NCBI GenBank assembly: GCA_030390025.1
Contig: CM059432.1
Location: 123,382,001 to 123,446,000, forward strand
Source of the DNA: Squalus acanthias
Taxonomy: Eukaryota
DNA: 64,000 nucleotides
Reading direction: 5' to 3'
Shown one piece after another: positions 22,927 to 37,201 of the stretch. The first letter of the stretch is position 1; every line of letters begins with the position of its first letter. The position numbers and the translations under genes were made by a program. The notes below the pieces were generated by a model that was not told the DNA's origin, did not search any database, and was given only the letters and a program-made list of their open reading frames with translations.

Positions 22927-25900
22927 GAGACAGCAAATGAAGTTGGGTAAAGCTACAGAATGAATACTCTGGGCAGACATGAAAGTAACCCAAGCTAACA
23001 TTAGAGGTATGATACAGATGCTGAGATCAACTTAAGAAGGAAGAGAAATTGTTCTCTGAAAAGATTAGAAGGGTGTGTGAAAACTGGAAAGTTATTCTAA
23101 TGGGAGACTTCAATCAACCAAAGCGAAATAAGAAAACCCAAGTAGTTTGGAATCAGAGTCAGTAAATGTAATGCATGTCTGTTTCATGATACATTTGGGG
23201 TGAAATTCAACTTCAGGGGGGAGGGTGCAAGACGGTTGGTGGCAGTTCAGCCGCCCATTATACACCCCGCCCGATTTCCGTTTCCGTTCACTATATGGAA
23301 AGGAAAATCCGGGCGGGATGTATAAGGGGCGGCCCACCCGCCACCGAGCGTTTTATGCCCCCTGCCCCCACTCCAAAGTGTCAAGGAATAACGAGAGGCA
23401 GTGCTCATCTTGACCAAGGCAAATCTGGAATAATTAAATTACGAGAGTAGGACAAGGCGACTGTTTCAGGTCCACACTAGATATTCTCTCTGGGTTTCAG
23501 CATCACTGGTTCCCCCACGTAGGTGGCTCCCGCATCCCCTCCAAGCTTTCACTCCTCAATATCTAGACATATGATAGCCCTGCCCAGGAGTTGGAGCAAT
23601 AAAACCCCTTCTGTGCACGCTGGATATTGTAATCTCCCATATGGCCTCACATATGTTTCTTCAATCTTTCAGCAGGAGGGACTGATGAGCACTCGAGTGA
23701 GACGAGGCCAATTGTAAATTGACAAGCTGCTTTATTTTTTAATGTAACTAGAGAGGGCGAGAGAATATATATGGCATGAAAATGCAGCCAGCATGGGGGC
23801 AGGAATATAGCCAGCCAAGGGGTGGGGGTGGGGGAGTTGGGGTGTGGTGATGCATGGAAGAGGTAGGAAAATACAACCATTAGAGATAACTGTCATCAGA
23901 GAATCAAAGATCAGCATGAGAAGTTGACCGGGGCTTCAGCAGGGCTGGAGATTCAGCAGGGACACATATAGACACCTCTGAAGAAGCAGAAGTATGTTTT
24001 GATATCGGCAATGGCTGTCGCAAACTGTTATCATCAGCGGGGCGGTGGGGGGCGGGGGGAGGTTCAGGGCCATTTTTCAGAGTCGGCTGTAACGGATGTT
24101 ATCGGGGGGTTGGGGAGTGGTGACAGATTCAGGCAGCAGCTGTTGTAGAAGGACCATGGTCTAGTGGACCTAGCTTGGGAGGGGAGGGGGGCTACGGTTA
24201 GAACGCCGTGAGGGAAAGCCGCTAGGGTAGAAGTCCAAGAGAGCTGGTAGGAGGCAAAATATTAATCAGAGCTTTAAATTTGCTTGTAAGCATTCCTACT
24301 TACTCCCTTTATTTAACTATACCAACAAGACTGATGGCCAACACAATGGAGAAACTTGGGCGACTTGATAGTGACCAACAAGCCAACGCCTGCAATTGCA
24401 TGCGGACTCACAGTTTATTTAACACTCAGTATACTATCTGGGAGCTATTGTGGAAGCTACTAATGTTATGAAATGGAATGCTGCAATCCACTCCACATTT
24501 TTTATATATAATAGATATGTGAACAAAAAGAATTAAGTTTACAGTGAATTTCAATCTATTTCATAATGTACTGAGGAAAGAACCAGGCACACGATTATCT
24601 CCGTTAGCGGGCTAAATTCTCTTTACTGATAGTAAACTGGAAATTCTCATCTATGGTGTCGGATTTTCCAAATTTCTGCAAACTGTTCTGCGTTCCAACT
24701 ACACAAAAAGACAAAAACTTGGCCTCTGACCCTTTCACAGTTCTCTGTGTGCAACGAGAGGCTAGCTAAGCTGCCAATCAAGTCCGCTACCTCACCCCAG
24801 GAACCTCCGACATTGCAACTGCATGGTCTGTTGAACTAAGGCCCCATACTGTGCTCTGTGGGGAGAGGCCATTCTAATATTATACCCAATTTTCTCTCCA
24901 TCCTGAAGAAGGGAGCAATAATGACTCCCATAATCAGTAGAAAACCTGACTAAAGGGTTGTAAGGCAACAAAAGTGGAGAAATAGCAATCTGGAAGCTGG
25001 AAACACTCCTGGAAATCCAGACAGCAATAGATTCTGTGATCCAGTGATCTGCAGCGAAGAACTCCCTTTTCTACTGCTTCAATGAGTTTGCAAACACCAA
25101 TCCTGTTGGGTCTTGCTAGCGAGTCTGAGAGTGGGTGGAGTATCTGCAAATTCAAGTTAAAATGCAGTAGGGGTGGGTGTGACCACATCGAAGTGCGACT
25201 TTAACCTATTAACTCGGACCCCACTTTCCTGGGGCAGGCGCTTGACACACAGCCAGAACCAGGTCAGTTAAAATGGTGGGGGGTGGGTGGGGGAACGGGC
25301 AAAAATGATGGAGGAAGAGTGCTGGGCGGCCACTGTTCCCATGGATGGGGGTGTGCTGGGGATTAAGTTGGCCCTGTAATGGGAGGTCTATAGTATCTTG
25401 CTGGACGGATAAATTTAGATGGGCTAAATGGCCTTCCTCATCCATAACGATCTTGTGACCTTGTGAACATTGTCAAATGTCTTCTGGAAGTCCAGGTACA
25501 ATATGTAATTGTCCACTTGGGATGCCACTTCCTCAAATAAATCAATGCATGATTAACTCAATTGTGGACATACTCCCTCTCTCCAAAGATTCTGTACTCA
25601 TTCCCTCACTCTCATGGAAATCAAACAGATTTGTTAATATCAAACCCTTTTCTCAATAAGTATGATCCAATTCATTTTCAAAGGTATCAGTTGACTTAGG
25701 ATCATTATTTTTTTTTCTGGCAGCCCCGTTACATATGTCCAATATCCTGCGGGGAAATAACATTTCTTCTAATCTCTAAATCAGGGAGGACAGAATTGGC
25801 CATGGCTTTAATGCCCTCTACTGTTGGATAGCCTGCTAATACTTGCCATTTAGGGTCACACATACTGGTGACCATTTGGTTGAGATACCAGAGAGAAGCC

Positions 25901-26816
25901 TGCCTATATTGACCATACCCACCACACATCAGTTCCATCAGGGGTGAAGGGGAGAAAATTGCAATTAGGCAAAGAAAAAAATCTTTAAAAATCTAATCAC
26001 GCAATTGTGTTGTCTCCACAGAATCATAAAATGAAATGCAAACAGGCAATGCAGATTATGTGGAGCTCAGCTCGAATTCGAATTCATTGTTCTAATTAAC
26101 TGATTAATTGGTGAGGGGGGTTTCACTGTGACATGACAAGAAAGGAAGAACCAGTAATGTTGGCCCCAAGATGGAAAGTCCTTCAGGAAATAATGTTCTA
26201 CAAATGTGAAACAATCCCAGTCACACAGAGACAAAACATAACACTGTGCCTTGGCAAATCCTGGAAGACAAGCCAGTTGAGTTTACATTTTCAATGAATG
26301 CTACTCTCTTTTTTAGTACTGTAGTCTTTCTATAGCTGTCCTTTTTTAACGAAACTAACGAAGATTCCGCATGGTGCCTGGACAATCAGGATCTGTTTTT
26401 AGGCTTCACAACCCCGAGAATTTTACAGCCTCTGGCTTTGTCCTTAAAAAGACATGAATGTCCATCCCAAGAGAGATAATGTTAATCTTAACCTGCAAAA
26501 CCTGCTGTTATCTCTAGGGAAAGTGGCAGAGATCTTCTACTATTACCATGAGCTTTTCCAATCTTTGAAAAGGAATTTGTTCCTCCCATTCCTTGTCAAT
26601 GTTCTTCCATATCTGAGATTGTTCTTTCTGATTCATTTTTTGTTGGACATAACTGGCACAGCTTTTAGAAAACATAACCTTAGTTTGACTCCTTTAAGAC
26701 CATATAGGAAAGGCATATGTTCTGAATTATTTAATCTTAGTTTTCAACTTGTCAAGTTACGGTGATAGTGTCATCATGATTTATAATCAGAGAAAGACGC
26801 AATGCTGCAACTAATA

Positions 26817-29672
26817 GGATACAATGATGTGACCAATGTGGATACAATGATGTGACCAATGGGGATACAATGATGTGACCAATGTGGATACAATGATGTG
26901 ACCAATGGGGATACAATGATGTGGCCAATGGGGATACAATGATGTGACCAATGGGGATACAATGATGTGACCAATGGATACAATAATGTGACCAATGGGG
27001 ATACAATGATGTGACCAATGGGGAAACAATGATGTGACCAATGGGACACGATGATGCGACCAATGGGGAAACAATGATGTGACCAATGGGATACAATGAT
27101 GTGACCAATGGGATACAATGATGTGACCAATGGGACACGATGATGCGACCAATGGGGAAACAATGATGTGACCAATGGGATACAATGATGTGACCAATGG
27201 GATACAATGACGTGACCAATGGGGATACAATGATGCGACCAATGGGATACAATGATGTGACCAATGGGGATACAATGATTCGACCAATGGGGATGCAATG
27301 ATGTGACCAATGGGATACAATGATGTGACCAATGGGATACAATGATGTGACCAATGGGGATACAATGATGTGACTAATGGATACAATGATGCGACCAATG
27401 GGATAGAATGATGTGACCAATGGGATACAATGATGTGACCAATGGGATACAATGATGTGACCAATGGGGATACAATGATGTGACCAATGGGGAAACAATG
27501 ATGTGACCAATGGGATACAATGATGTGACCAATGGGATACAATGACGTGACCAATGGGATACAATGATGTGACCAATGGGATACAATGATGTGACCAATG
27601 GGACACGATGATGCGACCAATGGGGAAACAATGATGTGACCAATGGGATACAATGATGTGACCAATGGGATACAATGATGTGACCAATGGGACACGATGA
27701 TGCGACCAATGGGGAAACAATGATGTGACCAATGGGGAAACAATGATGTGACCAATGGGATACAATGATGTGACCAATGGGATACAATGACGTGACCAAT
27801 GGGATACAATGATGTGACCAATGGGGATACAATGATTCGACCAATGGGGATGCAATGATGTGACCAATGGGATACAATGATGTGACCAATGGGATACAAT
27901 GATGTGACCAATGGGGATACAATGATGTGACTAATGGATACAATGATGCGACCAATGGGATAGAATGATGTGACCAATGGGATACAATGATGTGACCAAT
28001 GGGATACAATGATGCGACCAATGGGGATACAATGATGTGACCAGTGGGATACAATGATGCGACCAATGGGATACAATGATGTGACCAATGGGGATACAAT
28101 GATGTGACCAATGGGGATACAATGATGTGACCAATGGGATACAATGATGCGACCAATGGGGATACAATGATGCGACCAATGGGATACAATGATGTGACCA
28201 ATAGGGATACAATGATGTGACCAATGGGGATTCAATGATGTGACCAATGGGGATTCAATGATGCGACCAATGGGATACAATGATGCGACCAATGGGGATA
28301 CAATGATGCGACCAATGGGATACAATGATGTGACCAATAGGGATACAATGATGTGACCAATGGGGATTCAATGATGTGACCAATGGGGATTCAATGATGC
28401 GACCAATAGGGATACAATGATGTGACCAATGGGGATTCAATGATGCGACCAATGGGATACAATGATGTGACCAATGGGGATACAATGATGTGACCAATGG
28501 GGATACAATGATGTGACCAATGGGATACAATGATGCGACCAATGGGGATACAATGATGCGACCAATGGGATACAATGATGCAACCAATGGGATACAATGA
28601 TGCAACTAATAGGATACAATGATGTGACCAATGGGGATACAATGATGTGACCAATGGGGATACAATGATGTGACCAATGGGATACAATGATGTGACCAAT
28701 GGGGATACAATGATGCGACCAATGGGATACAATGATGCGACCAATGGGGATACAATGATGTGACCAATGGGATACAATGATGCGACCAATGGGATACAAT
28801 GATGCGACCAATGGGATACAATGATGCGACCAATGGGATACAATGATGCAACCAATGGGATACAATGATGCGACCAATGGGGATACAATGATGTGACTAA
28901 TGGATACAATGATGCGACCAATGGGATACAATGATGCGACCAATGGGATACAATGATGCGACCAATGGGATACAATGATGCAACCAATGGGATACAATGA
29001 TGCGACCAATGGGATACAATGATGCGACCAATGGGGATACAATGATGCGACCAATGGGATACAATGATGCGACCAATGGGAGACAGTGATGTGACCAATG
29101 GGGATACAATGACGTGACCAATGGGGATACAATGATGTGACCAATGGGGATACAATGATGCGACCAATGGGATACAATGATGCGACCAATGGGATACAAT
29201 GATGTGACCAATGGGGATACAATGATGTGACCAATGGGGATACAATGATGTGACCAATGGGATACAATGATGCGGCCAATGGGGATACAATGATGTGACC
29301 AATGGGGATACAATGATGTGACCAATGGGATACAATGATGTGACCAATGGGGATACAATGATGTGACCAATGGGATACAATGATGCGACCAATGGGATAC
29401 AATGATGTGACCAATGGGGATATAATGATGTGACCAATGGGGATACAATGATGTGACCAATGGGGATACAATGATTCGACCAATGGGGATACAATGATGT
29501 GACCAATGGGATACAATGATGTGACCAATGGGATACAATGATGTGACCAATGGGGATACAATGATGTGACCAATGGGGATACAATGATGTGACCAATGGG
29601 GATACAATGATGCGACCAATGGGATACAATGATGTGACCAATGGGGGATGCAATGATGCGACGAATGATGTG
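26817..29672 (+). repeat. 21-23-bp satellite array (G2-4ATACAATGATGYGACCAAT)n
   Basis: About 2.85 kb and roughly 125 units. G-run length varies and diagnostic variant units recur. Confidence 0.98.
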
Positions 29673-30307
29673 ATGACTATTTCTTTCGCAATAATCATGT
29701 CTGCTGCTGGAATCTTAAAAAAAATTATTTGTAAGCTTAGTTTTAAAAATGAAGATAAAAACACAAAACAGTACATTGCAAAAATCAACCTGCAGCATGT
29801 AAAGTGATGGTTATATCAGAGAATTTCTCTTGGGGAGGTGGCAGCATTTATAAAATGGTCAGTAAATGAGCCTTCTTTGAATCTCCCGAATAAATCTCAC
29901 TAATGCACCTTTAATGCAAATACAAGTGAAGTGATTTTAGGGGACAGTTGTTTTATTTTATTAAGGGGCAATAATATATTGTTTTCAAAAACAGAAAGCA
30001 GGTGAAGTATTTCTAATACCTTATTGTAAATGAGTTCCCATCTGGCGAGAAGTTATTGGTCTTGTGCTGAAATGGAGCACTTGTGTGGCGTTGCTTCTGT
30101 TCTAGTTGGCAGGCAGCCATGAAAGGAAAGCAACGTTGCTCTGTCATCATCTTTTCCAAGTTAGATCACCATCAGACCAAGCTCCAGGCTACTAATATAC
30201 TGAAGGTTTCTACGCAAATGTCGCATCATGTCACGTTTTGAAATCATCTCTGCTTCAAAGATGCAATGGAGTATAGGTTCTGGCTTGCTGTTAGATGCAA
30301 ACACAGT

Positions 30308-33044
30308 GGGCTGGATTTAGTGGGGGTTCAGTGGGCGCGATCGGTGGTGGGTCGGGTGGGAAAGTGGTTTTTTTCCCCAGCGGGTCGGGACCCAGCTGTG
30401 AACCCGCTGCCACGCGCCTTTACCAAATGTCGGGTCTGTCAGCACTGAGTAGACCCGACATGCAGCAGCGGTGAGAGGAGTGGGGGGGAGGCAATTAAAA
30501 TCATTAGTGGCTTGTTTACAGTCACTTAACAATGGTTTTTTCCCAGCTTTTTGATTTTGACAGGTCGCCCGCCGGTTTCCTGCTGTGCCTAGACCTCGTC
30601 TGCGAAGCTGAGGCGGGAGGTCAGTGGCCATTGAATCAGCTGATGAGTTGACAGATTCAAATGTCAAGTCAAAGCTCCCAGCTGATTGAGAAATGTTCCC
30701 TTAACCACTCGCTTCTCTAAACTGCATTTCCACTACAGATTCAGGACGCTGCAAGTCTTTACACAAGTCTCCATCCAGTCTGGCCTCATTACCTCTCCCA
30801 CCATTGACATCTGTCATTCTGTCATCTCTACTTCACCTGCCATCTATTCCATCAGCATCGGTGCCCTTGAATCTCTCACCTTGGCTCCTCAGAATCCCAC
30901 CATGATCAGCCCCAACACCAGCATCACCAGGCACAGCATCAGCAGCAACAACAACACCAACCTTCTCCACAATCAACTGAGGCTACACAGGACACAGGGC
31001 ATCAGATCACATTGCTGCCTGGGAGGCCAGGGATGGCCTCACCATGGCCAGATTTACTTCACTTGACACTGTACACCCTGGCTGCTACATGATGCGCCAG
31101 GTTGGCACCACCCCACACCAACACCATAAAGCATCCCTACAATGCCCAAGCCATTCCTTTCACACGCATCACCATTGCGGGGGGTACCGTTACGTCTCAC
31201 CATTCACTGCAACTCACTAAGCCACTTCCAAAGTGCACACAAATCTGTCCAAGAACGCAAAGTGTTGAAAATAAAGGTGTCAATGTTTGACACCACATTA
31301 TCAGAAACTTTACATGAACATTGCAAAAACACCCAAGTGCCAACCCTTGTGTGTTGTTAGTTGGTATGAATGAACTAGGATGAGGGTGAGTGTGAGGGGT
31401 GGCTAGTGAGATGGGGATGTAATAATGTACATAGAGAGGGATGGGTGGAGGTGCAAGATAAGTTGGCATGAGTAAGGATGTGCAGGGGTAGGGTAGAGAA
31501 GGCAGAGTGATGGGGACGTGATGATAGGCACAGCAGGATGAGGTTGAGTATGGCTTTGTACTAATGTTTCGTGATCCACTGAGATATTGAAAGGTTTGCG
31601 GCACTGCACCCAGGCTGTTTTGGTCTCCTGGGGAGGTCTCTTCCGCCCATTGGAAGGGAAGAGGACCTCCCTGCGTGCTGTGAGTCCCTCCATAAGCATA
31701 TGGAGGGAGTCATGGGAGAACCTGGGTGCAGCCCTGCACCTCTGTGCAATGCTTGTCAGTGTTTGCAGCACCTCAATGCTATAGAGCACTGACAGCACAA
31801 ATGTCAAAAGAAAGTTGGCCATGGTCCCTTTAAGGAAACCGGCTGATGATGCGTCATGAATGACGTCACCAGACCAGCTTGCTCTAATTGGCCGGGAAAG
31901 AACATAAGAACATAAGAAATAGGAGTAGGAGCAGGATTAGGCCACTTGGCCCCTCGAGCCTGCTCCGCCATTCAATAAGATCATGGCTGATCTTGGGCTC
32001 AAAGTCACTTCCCTGCCCGCTCCCTATAACCCTTCACTCCCTTATCTTGCAAAAATCTGTCTATCTCCACCTTAAATGTATTTAATGACCCAGCCTCCAC
32101 AGCTCTCTGGGGCAGAGAATTCCACAGATTTACGACCCTCTGAGAGAAGAAATTCCTCCTCATCTCAGTTCTAAAAGGGCGACCCTTTATTATGAAACTA
32201 TGCCCCCGAGTTCTAGATTTCCCCACGAGGGGAACCATCCTCTCTGCATCTACCTTGTCGAGCCCCCTCAGTATCTTATATGTATCAATAAGATCACCTC
32301 TCATTCTTCTAAATTCCAATGAGTATAGGCCCAGCCTGCTCAACCTTTCCTCATAAGTCAAACCCCTCATCTCTGGAATTAACATAGTGAATCGTCTCTG
32401 AACTGCCTCCAATGCAAGTATATCCTTCCTTAAATAAGGAGACCAAAACTGTACACAGTACTCAAGGTGTGGTCTCACCAATACCCTGTACAGTTGTAGC
32501 AGGATTTCCCTGCTTTTAATCCCCAACCCCTTTGAAATAAAGGCCAGCATTCCATTTGCCTTTTTGATTACTTGCTGTACCTGCGTGCTAACTTTTTGTG
32601 TTTCATGCACAAGGACCCCCAGGTCCCTCTGAACTGTAGCATTTTGTAATCTCTCTCCATTTAAATAATAATTTGCTTTTTTATTTTTCCTGCCAAAGTG
32701 TATAACCTCGCACTTTCCCACATTATACTCCATCTGCCAAATGTTTGCCCACTCACTTAGCCTGCCTATATCCCTTTGCAGGTTCTTTGCGTCCTCTGCA
32801 CAACTTGCTTTCCCACCCATCTTTGTATCATCCGCAAACTTGGCTACATTACACTCGGTCCCTTCATCCAAGTCATTAATGTAGATTGTAAATAGTTGTA
32901 AATAGTTGAAACTCACTGGGCAGGCTTAACAAGACCAATCAGGGGAAAATCATTCTATACAGCGGGATGGAGACAGGAGCGGGGTTGGGACCCGCCACCG
33001 ACATCGCCCACCCCGGACCCGCTGAGGTTGGTAAAATCCAGCCC
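30308..33044 (-). mobile_element. Harbinger derivative with Myb remnant, interrupted by a CR1
   Basis: 11-bp perfect TIR GGGCTGGATTT/AAATCCAGCCC with AGT on both flanks. Myb remnant APRFSHDSL..RREVLFPSNGRK..QCRKPFN on the minus strand at about 31560-31750. Confidence 0.85.
31899..32908 (-). mobile_element. CR1-clade LINE, 5'-truncated, nested in the Harbinger derivative
   Basis: Open 303-aa ORF 32005-32916 containing KFADD; (AACATAAG)n tail. Confidence 0.93.
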
Positions 33045-33281
33045 AGTGCATGGCCGCAGAGGGCTGCTTTCAGATCAAGTCTACGCGAATAAAAATAACT
33101 ATTGGTTTCCTGGTCTAATACCTTGTGAAAGCACTTCTTCATCAAATTATTTAGTTCATTTAGCCCAATTACTAGAATACATTATAGAGTAAGATTTAAA
33201 TGATTAATTCAAGGCAATGAATTTAGTTGGTAGATACATATTAAAAATGGCATTCATCATAGCACTCTGCCTCCATTTAAA

Positions 33282-33592
33282 GAACTTGCATTTAAATAGT
33301 GTCTTTCAGGAAATTCTAAAGCGCTTCATAGCTAATTAATTTATTTGAAGTGTAGTCACTGGTGTTTTGTAAGAAAGTGTGGCAGCCAATTTGTGCACAG
33401 CAAACACTAATGAGATAAATGAGCTGTAATTTTGGTGGCGTGGGTTAAAGGATGAATATTGGCCAGGACAGTGCAGGAACGGCGCTTCTTCAAAGAAGAG
33501 CCATGGGATTAGTTACGTCCAACTGAAAAGGCAGACGGGGCCTTGGTTTAATGTCTGAAAGAAAGGAACCTCTGACAATGCAGCACTCCCTT
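33282..33592 (-). mobile_element. Decayed Deu-domain SINE
   Basis: Reverse-complement similarity to 672-1140. Confidence 0.6.
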
Positions 33593-33654
33593 TAGGTATT
33601 CATTAGAACTCAAGTAACGTTGGTTTCTTAACAGAGCCCAGTAATTTATTTACT

Positions 33655-34045
33655 TGCTAATTTCCTCCCCTTCCCTTCTCCTGAAGGCACTGACTCCTTC
33701 CTAGGGACTGGCTCGTGGCTGATAGCCACCCTCTAGTAACTTGCCCAAGTGGCCATTATTCACACGTAAGCACTGACAGTTAGTGTAGATGGGCTATTTA
33801 CCATTACAGGCATCACAGTTGTGGTGTATTCTGTCCTTGCTTGTCACACACATCTGCACTTCCAGCTGGGGGTCACTGGATAGAAATCAGGAGCTAGACT
33901 CCTGGCTAATTTTCCCCATCCTAAGCCACTTGCAACCTCCAGTACCTTTGACACAGCTGATAAAGCCAACTCAGCATGAAGCAGGGATCGAATCTGGGAC
34001 CTTCCTGATCTGTATGACTAAGGAATGAACTTGCTGAACCATTCA
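33655..34045 (-). mobile_element. LF-SINE-like element
   Basis: The minus strand reads CAGGAAGGTCCCAGATTCGATCCCTG..GCTGAGTTGGCT..CTATCCAGTGACCCCAGCTGGAAGTG..AATGGCCACTTGGGCAAG..GAGTCAGTGCCTTCAGGAGAAGGGAAGGGGAGGAAATT. Confidence 0.75.
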
Positions 34046-34171
34046 AGCTCCTGCCAATAGAATGAAAGTGGCCCATTACAACTACATGATAAGAAACAAT
34101 TACACGGCTATGTAACAAGCTCTGTTTTTATCCAACTGAAAGACTCTAACTAGCTAATGAAGATGAGCAAC

Positions 34172-36732
34172 CAATAGAAACTCTCTGGGTAGAATTGGGG
34201 AATGGAAAAAGATGCAAGACTTTGGAGGGAGTTGTCTACAGACGTCCTCATAGCAGTTAAAAAATAGCGGAATGCATAAACACAGAGATCAGAGAAGCTT
34301 GTTGCAAAAAACAGAGTGATTAAAATGGGAGACTTTAATTTTCACATAGACTGGGAACAACAAAACAGCTCAAGTCCCAAAGGCAGCGAATGTCTTGAGT
34401 GTATTCAAGACAGTTTTCTGAAACAATATGCACTTGAACCAACAAAAGAACCAACCATATTAGATTTAGTGATGAGTAATGAACCATCTAAGGGAACAGC
34501 GAGCTAACAATGACTATAACATGATTGAATTCAATATTAGGTTTGAGAGGGACAAGGGTGAGTCACGAACAATGGTTTTAAATTTAGGAAAGGCAGACTT
34601 TGGAGGAAAGAGGCAGAAATTAACAGATAAAACTACAAATACATAGTGGGAGATGTTCAAAGAAGTATTTGGTACAATACAAGACCTGTACAACTATAGT
34701 TCAAGAGTTCTACTTGTGTAATTAAACAACTTTGGTCAACAAGAGAAGTGAAAGATAGTATAAAACTAAAAGAAAGGGCTATATGAATGCAAAGAACAGT
34801 AGAGCTCCCGAGGACTGAGAGAGACATAAAGAACAGCAAATGGATACAAAGAAAATAGTAAGAGCTGCAAAAAGAGAATACAAGAAAAATCTGGTAAGAG
34901 ATATCTAGGACAGCACTAAAGGTTTTTACAAGTACATTAAGAGAAAGAGGATTGCTAAGAGTAATGTGGGCCCCTTAAAGACAGATGCAGGTGATTCTGT
35001 AATTGAAAATCAGGAAATAGCCGACTTGCTAAATACTTACTTTGTATTGATCTTCACAGTAGCGGATGAGGATAAAGTACCAGAGAAAAGAGGGAAACTA
35101 AAAAATATATCAAGGGAAGGGACATAATAGCTTTAATATAAGTTATAAAATGGTAATGGAGAAAATAATGAGACTAAAGATAATCTCCAGGACCTGATGG
35201 TTTCCACCCCAGGATATTAAAAGAAGTAGATGAGGAAATTGTAGATGCTTTAGTCATGATCTTTCAAAACTCTCTTGATTCAGAAATTGTCCCATTGGAT
35301 TGAAAAGTTGTCAATGTCACTCTATTATTTCAGAAGAGTAGGAGAGATAAACTAGGAAATTATAGGCCTATTAGTCTAACATCTGTTGTGGGGAAGTCAC
35401 TAGAAACTGTTTTTTCGGGACAGAGTGACTGAGCACTTAGACAAATATGAACCGACCAGAGAGAGCCAGCCTGGGTTTGTAAAGGGTAAGTCATGTTTAA
35501 CTAACCTAGTTGAGGAGGTAACTAACATGGTAGATAAGGGAGAGTCTACGGAGGTTATTAATATAGATTTCCAGAAGGCATTTGACAAAATTCCACCTAA
35601 GAGAATGTTAACAAAAATCAGAGTGCATTGGAGGCAACCTATTGACATGGGTAGGGAATTGTTTAGGAGTTAGGAGGCAGAGTGTAGGAATAATGGGTAT
35701 GTATTCAAATTTGTAGGATGTGACTAGTGGTGTCCCTCAGGGATCTGTACTGGGTCCTTAGCTTTTCACTGTATTTATAAATGACTTAGATGAAGGAATA
35801 GAGAGCCATATAGCCAAGTTTGCTGATGACACCAAGTTAGGTTGCACAGTAAGTAGAGTTTATGGGAGCAGAGAGTTGCAAATGGACATTGATGGATTAA
35901 GTGAGTGGGCAAAACTGTGGCAGATGGAGTTCAATGTGGGGAAGTGTGAGTTCATCCACTTTGGACCCAAGAAAGATAGATCAGAGTATTCTCTAAACGG
36001 TGAGAAGCTAGGAACTGTGGAGGAACAAAGAGATTCAGATATTCCAAGTACAGAAATCACTAAAATCTAGCGGACAGGTACAAAAGTAATTTAAAAGGCT
36101 AATGGAATGTTGGGCTTTGTCTCAAGAGGGCTGGAATACAAAGGGGTGGAATTTATGTTACAGTGTATAAAGCTCTGGTTAGAGCCCATTTAGAGCATTG
36201 CATTGAGTCTGGGCATTGCGCCTCAGGAAGGGTATATTGGCCTTAGAGGAGGTGCAGCTTAGATTCACCAGAATGATATGGGGGCTAAAAGGGTTAAATT
36301 ATGAGGACAGGTTTCATAGACTAGGCTTGTATTCCCTTGAGTGTAGAAGATTGAGCGGGGATCTAATTGAAGATGATTAAAGGATTTGAGAGGGTCGATC
36401 GAGAGAAACTACTTGCTCTGGTGGGAAGTCCAGAACAAGGGGAGATAGCCTTAAAATTAGAGTTAGGACGTTCAGGGGTGATTCAAGGAAGCACTTCTTC
36501 CTTCACACAAAGAATTGTGGAAATCTGGATCTCTCTCCCCAAAAAGCTGTTGAGGCTGGGGGTCAATTGAAAATGTCAAAACTGAGATTGATAGATTTTT
36601 GTTAGGCGAGGGTATAAAGGGTTACGGAACCAAGGAGGGTAGAAGAAGTTAAGAGGCAGATCAGCTATGATCTCATTGAATGGCAGAACAGGCTCTAGGG
36701 GTTGAATGGCCTACTCCTGTTCCTATGTTCCT
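34172..36732 (+). mobile_element. CR1 LINE, long decayed copy (endonuclease to 3' UTR)
   Basis: MGDFN and ILDLVMSN (APE domain), GKSCLTNL, DFQKAFDK, GVPQGSVLGP, KFADD; many stops and frameshifts. Confidence 0.9.
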
Positions 36733-37201
36733 AGCTCATATAAACCCAGTTCCTAATAAGCATTGGTCTTTGTTAGGTTTCTGGGTTTTTCTGATCTTCT
36801 TGCCCTATTTTATTTCCGCTTTCATATCTAAGATTGCTCGCAAGGATAATTCCAACTCCCATACAGTTGAGGATGTCTAGGCTTACATTATCTAGGTAAA
36901 CTTTCGATAACGTACCCAGGAAACAGACAGCAAACCATGCCTGGCAATTACTTTTAGCTACTGGACTTGGTGTAAATCTCACTCCCGTATTCAAAAGCAG
37001 TCGAGAATCACAACAGACTTCATCTTAAGCTTAAGATGTCAAGCAAATTTACTTTACAGAGATGAGCAAGTGCATAGGTAACACTCATATTTGCCGTAGA
37101 CGTCCTTCCACATAACTCCTCAGAGAGATAAAAATAATAAAAATGTCACAATTCTTAGAACTAAGCTAACTTTTTGTAAGCAAGTTTTAAATAATGCACA
37201 T

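Noticed and set aside
23640..23712. Possible hammerhead (CTGATGAG-CAC-TCGA-GTG..GAGGCC with upstream GGCCTC)
   Set aside because: The GAAA core is absent (GAGAC) and stem I and the cleavage triplet cannot be formed convincingly.
26817..29672. CRISPR-like regular repeat
   Set aside because: There are no unique spacers or cas genes, and the context is a vertebrate intron.
26752..29788. Long His/Ile/Pro-rich ORFs (up to 508 aa) on the minus strand
   Set aside because: They result from the stop-poor strand of the 22-bp satellite; all three frames give the same cycling peptide.
32005..32916. Functional reverse transcriptase genes (also 11815-12750)
   Set aside because: These are 5'-truncated CR1 copies lacking the endonuclease and the N-terminal RT motifs.
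37021..37038. Perfect 18-bp palindrome CATCTTAAGCTTAAGATG
   Set aside because: Isolated, with no supporting structure or function.
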